DNA of 56,970 bases, the filler included, from Bipalium vagum (taxonomy: Eukaryota): the NCBI GenBank assembly GCA_037834085.1. It is 3 parts of 3 records of this genome, joined end to end, with 100 filler letters (N's around TTAATTAATTAA, not from the genome) between each part and the next. Parts side by side here need not be neighbours in the genome. Positions count along the whole stretch, not along the records: positions 1 to 15,560 come from JBBMKC010146668.1; 2 more parts are not named here. One strand, given 5' to 3'. Numbering within the stretch: the first letter of the stretch is position 1; every line of letters begins with the position of its first letter. The notes beneath the pieces are model-generated. The model did not search any database. It worked only from the letters and a program-made list of their open reading frames with translations, and was not told where the DNA came from. Position numbers and translations under genes: made by a program. Positions 1 to 13,470 of the stretch are shown here, piece by piece.

Positions 1-63
1 TATTTTTCAATTTCATTAAAAGAATATTATATAGACCTCCCACTATTTATAATATTAATATTA

Positions 64-64
64 A

Positions 65-118
<54 letters not shown>
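64..118. repeat. (ATT)n microsatellite
   Basis: Direct inspection. Confidence 0.95.
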
Positions 119-814
119 CATAGGTCATCCCTACAACATTTTTCTATCTTTACCTTTCTTTTTTCTACCAGGCCCCCCTAAAATCAAATACCAGAGCAGT
201 TATGCGTATCAAACGAATTTTCGAATGATATTTAAATTAACTATTTAAAATATTTAAATGAGAAAATTTTTCATTATTCAAATTGTTTGTCGAAAGTGTT
301 ATTGAGTTATTAAATAAATAATTTGGTGTGCATAACAGACAGTAAAAAACCAGTTCAAGCTCTTTGGAAAAGATCAGATCAAGATTGAAGAGGTTGTCGA
401 TTTGATGTCTTAGCTCTGGTGACTCTGGGGTGACTCTGTGGTAACCTTTTGGGAATCCTGTGGAGAAACTTATCTGTCGTTTAAGTAACAGTATAAAATT
501 TTATTCTGAAAAAAAAGTTTCTAACAGAGGAGCAATGAAATATTTTTCAATTGAATAATATAAATAAATAATAAGTGTCCCCGTTAGAAATTTCATTAGG
601 GATATGTTTTAATTTGATTTTATGACGAATTATTGTATTATTTATTTTTATGCTGACTTTTTTGTCATTATTCATTCGTTACTATCTGTAGAGGAGGCGA
701 AATTTATAAAAAAAACTTATTCAGTTGTTTGCCTTTGTCCTTATACATCAATTTCAATATAAATAAAAAATACATTATTGATTCCTTTTGAGAAATATTA
801 TTAATAATAAAAGA

Positions 815-1426
815 GAAATCAATTCCTCACGAACAGAACGATAATCAGAAATGTTGTCGCTTACAAGTTTCTACGTCACTACTTTACGCAATCGAAATGA
901 ACCAATACTTGATCGAATAATCCTGTGCGGCGAAAAATGAATACTCTATGAAAATCGCCGCCGATCAGCACAATGACTTGATAAATACAAGGCGACAAAA
1001 AAATTTCCCAAACAAAGTTTGCATCCATAGAGGACAATGATGACTATTTGATGGTGAAAAACTGGAGTAATTTATTGTAACTTTTTAAACGCTATGAAAC
1101 TATTAACACCAAAAAAATAATGCACAGATGTCGAGGAATTAAAATTGGAGGAGTTTGGTTATGAAGTGGAGGATAATCCACCTTATTTAAGTCAGTCTTT
1201 TTAAGGGAAAATTTCATCAAACAAGAGTTCATTTGAACATAATGTTTAAAAATTTATCGATTGCAGAACTCCAGATTTTTATGTTACTGACATAGATAAA
1301 TTTATTTCGCAATTGTAAAAATGTACTGATTCTAATGGTGATTACTTTTCTTGATAAAAGTTCTTTTAAAATGATTGATTAAAGCTATGATTGAAAAAAT
1401 GACATTTCATATTGAACAGCCTAATA
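815..1426 (+). mobile_element. mariner (DD34D) relic, 3' half with right TIR
   Basis: IPHEQNDNQK..RNRNEPILDRII, PKQSLHP.RTMMTI, KCTDSNGDYF; ends ...gaacagcctaata. Confidence 0.75.
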
Positions 1427-1442
1427 CATCAATAGTCAGATT

Positions 1443-1835
1443 TACAAGGTGCGCCAGTAAAATTGGCTCGAAAAATATAGTAAAGAAAAATATCTCTAAA
1501 AACTACAATTTTGGAGATTTCTTCGAAATTTCAAAAACATCAGTAACATTAAACATCGGAGGTTGTAATTATGCAATATACCAATTATCAGCATCAATTA
1601 CAGTCTTTAATCGACCCCTGAAACGAGAACACCAGGAGACAAATTTTGAAATGCTTGGTATATGCTATTTCGCAGTTCGTCTTTGTTATCTCTTCAACCG
1701 CGCCCCATACGTAATAGTCAAGCGGATTACAATCATGTGATTTTGGAGGACACAATCCAGAAGTGATATGGTCATAAAAGTTTTCTGACAACCACTTTTA
1801 ACTTTTTTTGGCCCTGTTTGCTGGAACTGTAAATT
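1443..1835 (-). mobile_element. maT/DD37D-like Tc1-mariner relic, 3' end
   Basis: ORF 1594..1791 reads CPPKSHDCNPLDYYVWGAVE, like the WPPNSPDCNPLDYYVWG motif; tacaaggtg terminus. Confidence 0.75.
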
Positions 1836-4800
1836 CTCTTTTTTTATTCCTTTTAAAATTAATGTATCAAAAAAATAATTCTTAATGTAGAGGTGGTGTA
1901 CTGTATTGAATAAAGGAGTGATCCGCTCTCAACGGACAAGGTTAAAAAGACGATTAAGACAAGTGCTTGGAGATTGATTGTGCTTCTGTATTAAAATTGA
2001 GGACAGTTTTGTTGAGCTCATTAAATTTTTCTAAACATTATTGATTGAAGGAAAACTTGGGATTGTATATATATTACCATCACCATGTTTTCAAGATATC
2101 TAACCCTTAATAAATGCACTTTTAGATCATCACCTTTTGAGATTTTTTTATAAAGCTTAAAGCATATTTTCTCGATCTCACCATTTATGATTCAACCAGT
2201 GTTATGTGAACATATTCAAAAAAAGAGAATTTATCTGTAGTCTTTTATTCTGAAGGACATCATCAAGATTCAACATTTGGTTATATAATCAGGGATTCTT
2301 CAGTGTCTAAACAATGCCTTCATTTGAACCTACATTTATGGATGGTCGTTGGATCTTCTATAACTTACTTCCTTATAAATAGAGTCTTGTTCAGTTGCTA
2401 GTCTCAGCGATTGGAGAAAGTCTGCTCCTGTACCAAAACGTAATTTTCTCCCAAGCGTTTTGGAAAACCTTTCGAAACGAAAATTGTCCACAATGTAATT
2501 GGGAGATTGGTAAAAAGTCATCTTTTGTTTTTCCAAAAATTTATCTCTGAAATTTAATAATATTTTATCAAATCCAAAGATTATGGCAACAAATTGAAAT
2601 TTGAACAAATTCTCGACAAGGATTATGTCATGGTGAGGTATTGAGTTACGTATTAACAATTTACCAGAAACCTCAACAAATTAACATAAAAAATATTATT
2701 ATTCTCATTGCCCTCTGATTGAGGAATTAATTATTATTATTATTATAAATTTGCGAATTTCATTTTTGCCATTTGTTTTAATTTTCTCATTCCTTATTGA
2801 AAGCCCGTCGAAGGTTCAATACTTGACGATGTGATGCAAGGTCTTACAAAAAGTACTATCATTAATGTTTTTTTAATCAAAATCTTGTATCTTCGATATA
2901 ATGCCCAATTTTCAATTTCCGCAGATTTGTAAAAATTAAAACAAAAAATAATTATATTAAATAAGTCTACTATTGGATTGTGGGGTTGTGAAAGGTATTA
3001 TTATATTCCCCCTGGACGGTACCCACAAACAGCTAACATAAAATAAAAGGAAAAATTAAGAATTAATAAAAATCTCATGTTTAAAAGAGACAAAAATCTT
3101 TAAAAAGGTTTAGTGACTTTTTGCTATAGTAAAAAGACAGAAATATTTAAAATCTATTCTTGTAAAAAAACTATTTGATATTCCTTTAATTCATGACATT
3201 GCGTTTCATTTGCTAATGTTACATTAATACTATTAAATATCAAGTTTCCACATTTCAATTGAAATCTCGAATTCTTTTTCCCTACAAGAAGGATGAGAAG
3301 CAAATTCATAAAGTGTAATTGAATAATGTTTGAATAACAATAATATTTTATTAGGGCGATTAATTATTTTAAAAATGTTTTAAATTTAAATCTCAAGAAA
3401 AGTAAAATAAAAAATTAATTAGTCAATAATAATAATAAATAATAAAATAAAAAATTTAAAAATTTAAAAATAAATAATTAATAATAATACTTATAATAAT
3501 AATAATAATCTTAATAATCTATATAATCTATATAATAACAAGCGGGGTCGTCACGTTGGTTACAGTCACGTTACCAACATTGTTCGAATTCATAAGTTAA
3601 AATTGAAAGGAATATTTATTTCACACATAGCTGAATTGAAAATCCGCTTTCCTTTTTTACATATTTAAATTAAAAAAATTTTTTTGATATAATTTTAAAG
3701 AAATTTAAATTATGAAATTAAATTTTTTATTTTAATTAAAATATTTTCTTTAAAACTTTCTTTGGACTCCTAAATTTTTAATTCTTTTTCTTAAAATATT
3801 TAAAATTAATTTATACCTTGATTTAATTTTCGTTTTAAAATTTCGTTTTAATAATAATATCCTTACAATAATGGGAATAATTATTATTATTAAATAAATA
3901 TTAAATATTATTAATAATATTATAAAGTTATTATTATATATTTAAAAACAATAACTTTTTAAAGTCAGTAAATCTTTTTAAGAACTTACAATATCGAAGA
4001 CGTTTTAATTTAATTCCTCGTCTCAGTATCATGACCAGGTTAGAAATAAAACGAATTTTCGATAATGGGTATCTGGTGAGGATATTTGTCTCTCTGAGTC
4101 CTCCACTGAATTCCAGTGTCGATATCATAATTTCCGCACCTCTGAACACACAAAAATGTATACAAAAATAAAATTCCTCTGCTTGTTGTGTGAGGCCCCA
4201 TTGAAAAATACCAAAATAATCTTGTAAACATTTGCTAATCCTCTTTAATTTTACTTATGCAATTCATTCCATCATTTCCATGTTTTCATTTCACTGTAGA
4301 AAGGGCGCGTAATTAAGTAGAAAAATAAATCTGGAGATTTATTTTTAAGCACATTTCCAGCGGATAACATCTAATTTTTCTAAATGGACCGTTTTTAATC
4401 AAATTTCCCCATTTACGACAGGTTGCAAATCTGGTGAGGTATTGAATCACTTTTAAGGTGTTAATCATTCTTCCATTTCTTCAGTTTCCTAATAATCCTC
4501 CATAAAATTGATTATTTCCAGCAAATTAATGCTTTACAATTAAATCTTATTTCTCCTGATAATTGGTTTAAAACACTCAATAATATTTAAACAGTTGACT
4601 CGATGTTTTTTCTCCGTTTTCAGCTTTCGCAAAACTAAGTGTTGGGAAATCCCCGTTTCGGTCTCGGGCAGCTTTCTATGAAACTTATGTTAGACTGGAG
4701 GAACGGTTCTCAATTAATTGTTGAGATTTTGCGAGAGAATTTATTCTCCAATAATTAGATTTGTCTCATTGACATGATATAATAAGTGAAACTTTAAATC

Positions 4801-7800
4801 TGTGATATTTTTTTTCTATTTATGTTTTATTTTCTTAATATAATTAAATTTAATTAATCATTGTTTTACTGAGCCTAATTAATGGAAATTGTGATCAGTT
4901 TTAAAAATAATATTATTATAAAATTGTTTAATTTTATTTTAATAAATAATGAGAGTTGTTTTAATATTCGGTTAATTATTTGAATCATTTGTTTGATGGT
5001 ATCGATATTTGCAATGACAAGTTATTAATTCAGAATCGATTGATAAATATTTGAAATGACATGTTAAGCTCTGTAATGAAAATGATAAGACGGTTTTAAT
5101 AAAAATAAAAGTTTGTTGTTTATTCAATAGTTAATGGGATTGGTAAATGCAAATATTGTCTTTTTAGAGTTCGGATATAAATGGAACGCTCTGTATTTTT
5201 GTTTTTTAAGATATTCTTGGAATTTCGCCCCTTGGATATTTTACTGGTAGCAATTTCCAATTAAATTGGCAAATCTTATTGTATCTTAACTATTATTCTT
5301 CCTATGGTCATTTGAAAAAAAAATACCATTTTGAAGCTTTACTAGTGCTTATCCTGTTGTAAAAAATAATTTAATTAATAAACTTAATTTGATTTGAAGA
5401 TTTTTTTATTTTAAATCACTTAGACTTTATTATTCAAATTTTTTATTAAGTCCTATAAAAATTTTATTTGCAATAGTTAAATAAAACAAATTTTCGTTAA
5501 TAAAAAATATATATTTTAAGAAATTCAATTAAATCATAATTATCATTTTTAAAACTAATTTTATAGAATTAAATTACCAATTATTTTTCAATAAATAACC
5601 GTATAATTAATCTACATAATTTAAACAAACTTAATATATTTTATATTATCAAAGTTAGAAATTTAATTAATTAATAATGTTTGACTTATCGTTATATATT
5701 CTGTGACTATTCGTTTTTTATTTCACTATTAAATCAAGAAAAATTATTATGATTTTTTTATATCTTTTTTCAGGTAATTTTAATCCTTATTTTATTTTAA
5801 TGGCTGTTGAGAAAGGAATAAAAATTATATATTTTCAATGATCCATCCGTAAAAAATCATTTCAAAGACAATGTGGAAACCAAAGTGAAAGGTGAAATAA
5901 AAAGAAAGAAAAGAAAGAAAAGAAAGAAAAGAGAGAAAGAATACATTGAGATCAATGGTAAAAAACAAGTCGTAATGGTAAAAATGATGGAAAAAATCAG
6001 TGTCAAAATTTATGATTGGAAAAGTTTTAATTATCTATCTAAAATGAAATGTGGCTTATTCAAACTCGGCTGATAATATAATAAAACAATAGTCATTAAA
6101 CATTATGTATCTCTGTTTGCAAATGAGCTCCATAATTAAATATTCTCATCATCACTCTGGCTGGCAATGCTACAAGGTATAATGTCCCCTAAGACTTGCG
6201 ATTTCTTGCTCCAGTGAAATCCAAGACAAAGTTGAGGGAATATTGCCAAATTGACTTGATAATAAGTATTAAGGAAATATGTATTACATTCCTGTGGGTT
6301 AATTTTAGTCAAGATATTGCAGATTTAATTATGATCAGCACCGAAATTTGTAATTGAATTCTTCATGGAGCTGGGCATGGTTCTGACGGTACGGTCTATA
6401 ACATAGGCAATGGCCACCTTGCGAATATTACGAAAGACAACAAGAAGGAAATTGTCGTGTTAATGATGAGGTTTGTTTTAGGAGAAATAGTTTTCATTTA
6501 ATCTAAATGGGTCGATTCATTTATTTTTTCCCCGTATCTTTCAATATTGGATAAAATGGCTCTTTTATGACTCTTACATTTGTATTGCGTGATTGTGGAG
6601 ATTTTAATGATTGTTTTAACAATCTACCATTTGCTGAAATGACAAAAACTTATCACGAAATATGGGCAGTTATAATTGGGATTTCTGGATTCATTAATTG
6701 TTTTACAGAGCAGTTCATTAAAACAACGGCTATTAAAATATAAGTATTTATCAACAGCATAGTCAACATCCAAAAGGCAAGACGACAGTGTTAACTGTGA
6801 ACGACATTTGGGAAGTCGAAGAAGCGAAATGTTGACGATGGGAATTGTTGATCTGGGTCTTTCCGTATTGGTGGTTGTTTTTATTTCCGAGATCAATTTC
6901 GTTCCAGACTCTTTTTCGTTTTACCTTTTCTTCTAATTACGGGACAGAAATTTATGATTGACTTATCTCTAATCATGTTTCAAAATTATCTCGTAACATA
7001 TTTACAATGGTTTTGATTAATGACTCTCGAACATTTGCCCAAATATCAGTAGGGGCTGATAAAATTTCATTAATTAAATTTACGGAATTTACGAAATTTT
7101 TTTTAATTTTTAAGAAAAAGATAAAAAAATATTTTGTTAATTTTTTTCAATTTTATTTTTTTATTATTTATTTTATATTTTAATAAATTATATTTAACTG
7201 TTTAATTGAAAATAAATTAATTTGTAGATGAACATCGATCATTCGTCTTTAGTTTGTTACAGGAATCAATTTTTATTTTTTTTATCCTTTTCTTTATTTG
7301 GACATTTCTTTTTATATTAAAATTAATTAATTATTTCTACTTTCTGTAAGACTGGTTGGATTTCCAGTCTGTCTTATTGCTGACAAATCTTTATAAATTA
7401 ACTTATTTCTTACTTGTAAAGGGTCAAAGGAAAGCATTCTATAACGCAAAGGTTACAATGTTCTACTATTTCTTGGACGTTAGGTCATTTCATTTATTGA
7501 AAAAACTCCATCATAGTTGGATATTATTTTAAAGTTAAAAATATATTCATATGCGACGGTGTTCAAAATGTTTTTCGAGAATTTTCAAATAAAACATTTA
7601 TTTCATTATCAAGAGTTTCCGTGAATTCAAATTTCTCACAAACCAAAACTCAATTATTTGGTTATGCACAAGTAATGATACGATTATAGACTAAATATTA
7701 CATCAATATATCAATATATTAATTGAAAAATCATTATATAAAACTAAAGGTAAGATCGTTTTGTTATGTTACATTAAGAAAATATTATATTGTAATTTCA

Positions 7801-7814
7801 AGGTTACTGAGTTC

Positions 7815-8653
7815 TGAGTCATGAATGAAAAACGACTATATTTTTGTCATATTCTTCTTAATGAATTCTGAATGGGTTCTAATGTTTCGACAACTGTGAA
7901 CATTTTAGAAGCTTATCCGTAAGAGGGGAGGAGATTTTTTTATCTGACAAGACTAAATCTGGTTGTTTCAGTAACATTTCAGATGACTTCCTCCAAAACC
8001 TGTTGACTGCAGAACCAAGAATATCAACTCAAGAGGTTCCAGTTAGACTGAATTGTGACATATTAACGACTTGATATTTAAAAACAACAAAAAATAATTT
8101 ATTAATTTTAAAAATACGACCTTTATTATCTACAACATTTTGCCAAATTTTGGCCAATTTTTTTGTTCACTTTACCAATTTCTCAACTTCTTCGAGATTA
8201 GCAAATCACTGTCTTCTCAAAAAGTGTTCCATCGATCTAAAAAGTGCAAAGTTTGAAGGTCCCAAGTCTGAACTATGAGAAGAATGACCATCTCATCAAT
8301 TTTAATAAATTTATCTTTCGTCAAACGTGCAAGAAGATCTAGCACATTGTCACTCTGATAATACAGTCGCTTGCTATGGATTAAGCTGTGATATTTTCTT
8401 TTCAAAATTTCATTGACTTTGTCAAGCTGTTCAGAGTGAAATTAGCATTCACATCAAACCTCGATTTTCATTTTTTTCTGTATTCATTTTACTATAATTA
8501 TAAATTCAAATAAATATACATTACTGTTTATTTAAACAAAACTTACAAGTATAGTTTTAATTTTATATCAAATTTTAAGTTATTAAAATTATTTATTTTG
8601 ATAAAAGAAAATAGAATTATCAAATTGACGGAAACTTTTAATGCAACCTAATA
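7815..8653. mobile_element. two convergent mariner 5' fragments (+ ~7820-8070; - ~8100-8653)
   Basis: MNEKRLYFCHILLNEF on +; TIR-like gacggaaacttttaatgcaacctaata at 8627-8653. Confidence 0.5.
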
Positions 8654-8659
8654 TATTTT

Positions 8660-8900
8660 GTTTCTGTCAAAGTACCCCTTAGTCACTGCAACTCATTTAT
8701 GTCAATATGTTATCTAGTTATTGAAGCACCTTTATATTATATTTCTGGAATAGCCTTCAGAACCCGTAATCAATATTCTGGAATCTCAAAACCATGGAAA
8801 GGGTGACGTCAGTTGAGGGAAAAATAAGAAATCACATACGGTAAATATGGTGTATAAAAGATGGTCTTGGTATGATATTTAACCAAAAACTCACGTCTAA
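8660..8900 (-). mobile_element. mariner 3' fragment
   Basis: Reverse complement encodes a degenerate YSPD..PCDFFLFP motif. Confidence 0.45.
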
Positions 8901-10559
8901 TAAAACCAGTTTGATATTTCACAATAGTATATTACAAGAGGAAGCTTTTGTAAATCATTCTTTTCAATATTAGAATCCCTGAAAACCTTTTATGTCTATG
9001 GGGTAATAATAGTTAAACTAAACATTTCTGAACGAAGATGATGAGGAAGAACAGTTTTAAAAATGTTGCGTAATATGTAAAAGATTAAAAATAAAGTAAA
9101 ATTGGCAGTGATTCTTCTATTATTAATATATTCACATATAAGTAATATTTATTTTTATAAAACATGAACCAGTCAGATATATGTAATATTAATAAGTTAA
9201 ATAAAAGTTTTCAAAATTAAAATAATATTTTTATTTATTGTTTTTATCTACCTTTAAAAAGAATTTGCTTATAACTTCAAGTATTTTGAAATTTTCAATA
9301 TTTGACCCAGTACATCTTGAACGTTAGGACTGAAGCTGTCCAAACGTTTAGCTAATATATTGTTCAGTTGTTGAAATGTCTGTAAGACGTCCATTCTACG
9401 TTTTCATTTGTTTCAGTTTCACTCTCGAACTCGATTCTGCATTACTTGTAAAATGATTGATAAATCCTGTGTAATCAAATATGAAATGCAACCATCGATT
9501 TTGATACATTTACTGTATGAATATAAAATTTCGACAAATTATGTAAGACTTCGACATCAAACTTTGTTTCAATTTTAATTTTTTATAAAGGTCAAGCTCT
9601 TTTTATAAAGATCGACAAATATTTATGGATACAGGCTCCCAAAAAATTAGGAGGAGGATCAAGTTCCAACTTGCCAAGTAGAATGAACAAAAAAAATATA
9701 AATACAAAAAATAAATCTTCTTTATTTGACAGCTTAAAACATCTTAATATGAATTTTCTATGTCAATCTTATACAGTTATTATATATGCCTATTTTTTAT
9801 TCTTTTTATTTATATTTATATATAATGTAATTTTACTTTTTAATTATAATTTTGGTATCTAAATTTCTAGATGACCCGTTCCTCCCGTATAATATATTTT
9901 ATTAGACAACATGTGTTAGGGAACTTTATTTGGATACTTGTATTTGTAGTCCCTAGTGAAATTATTTTTCTCTCAATATTAATATATTTATAATATTACT
10001 ATGACACAAAAATTATGAAAAATCAAATGAAAAATAAGAAATCATCTGTAAGGATATTTGTAATAATCAATTTTAAGGTTTAAGTGTAATTTAAAATTAA
10101 AACATTATTTAGAGAGGTTAAAATAAAAATTTAGAATGTAAGAGTTAAAAATTTGGAAAATAAAAGAACGTAATAATTAATTACGTAATTAAGAATCATA
10201 AAAATACAAGTATCAGTAATTAACATTTTCAGAAATAATCAAGTTGGTTTTAAATATCAGAAAATCAAGCGGTTGATTCGATAACTATCCAAGAAATTAT
10301 CGATAGTAACAAAGAAACCTACTCTGGTTCAAGAAAATAATTTCAGCTTCTGAAAAGTAGCTTCCTTTCTAATTCTAAGGAAAAAATTGTTAAGATCATA
10401 AAAGTATGAAGCTGAAGTAAATTGTGTCATAGGTCTTAACGTGTGAAGGTTCTCTTACGTGTTCGATTTAAGTCTAAAATAACAAATTTAATAAAATAAC
10501 ATTTTATTCAAATCATGACACATTTTTTCGGCAGCAACTGTATGCTGTAACGCTCTGAA

Positions 10560-11150
10560 TTAATGGTTTCCAAATCTGGAGAAGATTATAATAAATTGGA
10601 CCTTTCATATCCCACCAAGATATAAAAGAGCATTTTTTGCTGTGAATATTTAATTTTGCGTTGAAGTTGCTGGCATACCGGGGTCTATCGGAGAATGAAT
10701 GCGCTTTGGATCAAAGTATGATAAAGGCTTTTAAATAACATTTTTCGAGTAAAAAGCTGCGGGATACTGTTACAATGTTTGAATGTGGTGAAGATACAAT
10801 TACACACATTTGATATGGGAAAATATCTCCAAAAAATGCTTGTAAATTGTTTTATTCTTGTTTATTGGAAAACGTTTAAGGATGTATCTTTGAATTTTGT
10901 AAACTACTGGATACAGTTTTTTGATGAATTTCTTTCAAAGGTTAAAATTTTAGATCCAGTTCTTAAAGATGAATTATCTGTCCTGTGTTATGATGAAAAT
11001 TATATATTATTATAAGATTTTGAAGAGAACAACCTAGCGGAAACACACTGTGCATTAGAAAGTGAAAAGACTGACATACAGGATAATATACCAGATGATT
11101 TTATCTCAAAAAGATATTAACAAAGCCCTACAAGCTCTTAAAAACTAAAA
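10560..11150 (+). mobile_element. pogo/Tigger-like DDE_1 transposase relic
   Basis: LDQSMIKAFK*HFSSKKLRD resembles PLDQGIIKxFKxHY; followed by WENIS...VNCF. Confidence 0.55.
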
Positions 11151-11599
11151 AAAACCATATAAATTTTATTTAACTTGTATTATTGGAATAGACAAAATAA
11201 GCAAGGTTTTGAAGCAACATGGAAAGTAAAACCTTTTAGATACATGGATCTTTAACAAAATAAAGTTTGGTAGTTTAGTTTTGAGTTTATGCATATCAAT
11301 TTGTATTAGATTTGAAATAATTAACTAAAGCTTTGTGTATAAACACTTATTACAATTACATTCTACAATTAGTCATATTTTGCTCTGTTCCCATTTTTGG
11401 AGATTTAGAGAAGTCATACTATATATACATCAAGGACCACTTAATATTTACATTTTACATTTAGAAAGGATCACCAATATGACAACAAGGATCATAAAGG
11501 TTTCACTAAGATAAAATTTACACACAGATTTACTCACTTATTGTAATAAAGTTTGCACAAGGATTTACATAAGGTTCATATTTTCATTTACTTGGACCT

Positions 11600-12200
11600 G
11601 GATACTGTTCTCTAACGAGATTTTAATGCTACCTTTTCGACCATTTATTCAAAAAGGCGATGAAGGCGTTTTGTGTCTCTCAATAAACCCTATGAGAAAA
11701 ATTCGAAATGGTTCCATTCAAAATAGGCTGTAAATCTTATATTCTGTAGAGAAACTTTATAGAAATGAAAGAATTTAATTTCTAAACTTGAGAATATGAT
11801 TTTCAAGAACATGGGACGTGATAAGGACAATAATACTTTCTCTAAATTCTATGGATTTGTGAATGAATTTAATAGATACTTCTTATTAGAAAGAAATAAG
11901 ACTTTCAAGACTGAATTATTTAAAGAACTGTATGAGATTAATAAGGTAACGCTTATCAGAATATCCAAGTATTCCATTTCTAGGAGATTAAATTTCATTA
12001 ATTTTGAAAACACCTATGAGTGACCTCTGAACCACATGCACATGTTTGCAGGTACTTAAAAAATCGAATTAGACCAACACGGCTTGATAAATAATTAGTT
12101 TCCGAAGATGGATTGAATTTTGACTTGATATACATGGAAACTTTAATTTTTTGAAGCGGCTTACATAATAACCCACAATGCATCTTAAATATCAAAATAT
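11600..12200 (+). mobile_element. possible MULE/Mutator transposase relic
   Basis: WFHSK*AV resembles CxFHxxQA; later FVNEFNRYFL...SRRLN. Highly decayed. Confidence 0.3.
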
Positions 12201-12219
12201 TGATACACATTTCAAAACA

Positions 12220-12365
12220 CAATACCTAAAAAGCTATTACGATGGGACAAATGTATAACTGTTTGTGGAGATTATATTGAAAAGTAATCACAATGTCACA
12301 TTGATTAAATAAAGTGGCTTATCTCTATATTAATTTGTGTCTTGAAATTTTGAACCACCCTCGTA
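12220..12365 (+). mobile_element. mariner 3' terminus with TIR
   Basis: RWDKCITVCGDYIEK* then ...tttgaaccaccctcgta. Confidence 0.7.
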
Positions 12366-13249
12366 TGTAACAGGCATAAATTCAAATTTCCTTAGTTTGA
12401 AATATCATCTAAACACTTTTCTTCACATGTATTACCCCTGCTGAGTCTTCTATAAAGATGTCAGAATGATTATCAATCAGCCTTTTCAATGTGCAAAATA
12501 CATAAAACAATCGATAAATATTTAATATTTTTAATTATTATTTAATGTACCCAATTATTTTTAATTTTTGGTGATAAAATAAAAAATGAAAAATAATATT
12601 TAATTTTTTGTACTATACATCACAATTGTAACGAAAAAATATATTTCTGGAAATATTTTTGTTGAAAATGTTATTATTATCATAACCTCTAATTAATTTT
12701 TACATATTATTCATTTTTTTATCCTTATATTATCTAATGAGAAAAACTACTGTATGAATATATCTAATGAACCGGATCTCATCTTATTAATGATCGAAGC
12801 TTGATGCGTATTCTCTATTGTCAAATGGACATAAAAATAATAAATGATAGATCAAAAAGATGTAATTTAGCGCATTCTCATTATTTTTACTTGAGCAAAG
12901 TTGAATTCAGAATCGAAGTTATAATTGAAAGATATTGCTCAAACAGGCTGCGTTAGATTAGCGGAAATCAATCGATGTATAATATAATAAGACAAAGATT
13001 AAATAAAACTTAGGAGGAATTTTATTTCAGTAATAGATTCGTTAGATTTCCAAAATTTTAACCAGGCTAGAAGATTTCATGAATAGGAAATTTTGCCCTA
13101 TTCAAGAAGTACTGTAAATTTTTAATAATATCTGATTTTGATATTATTATTTACTATATATTAAGGAAAGTGCATTAATTCTGAACTAAAATTTAAATAA
13201 CCAATAAGGTTCGTTTCTTTTAGATATATGAATATCTAATGTAATTTTA

Positions 13250-13470
13250 TATTGGTGTAGAAATGATATTTGTTTAAATAAACACTTTTTGAAGGCGAAA
13301 TAAATGAAAAAGTCAAAATTACATTTCAGGCATTTATTAATTTTTTTTTATTTGATATATGGAAATCAATAGTTGAATTTAATTTTGAATGATAAATAAA
13401 GACAATGTCAGCCAAAAACTTTGAAGATAGTGAATAGCAAGATTTATTGAATGAAAATTCAATTTATTGT
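13250..13470 (+). mobile_element. Mos1-like mariner 5' fragment, same family as the 47064 copy
   Basis: Shares tatttgtttaaataaacact..gaaggcg.aataaat...gtcaaaattacatttcag and gtcagccaaaaa..tttgaa with the 47064 copy. Confidence 0.7.

Noticed and set aside
340-413. TVKNQFKLFGKDQIKIEEVVDLMS*, EF-hand-like terminal exon candidate
   Set aside because: Too short, with no supportable upstream exon in the window.
5873-6073. Lys/Arg-rich ORF resembling an NLS protein
   Set aside because: Generated by a short (AAAG/AAAAG) repeat.
6090-6960. GC-richer block with short open frames on both strands
   Set aside because: No consistent exon chain or recognisable motif.
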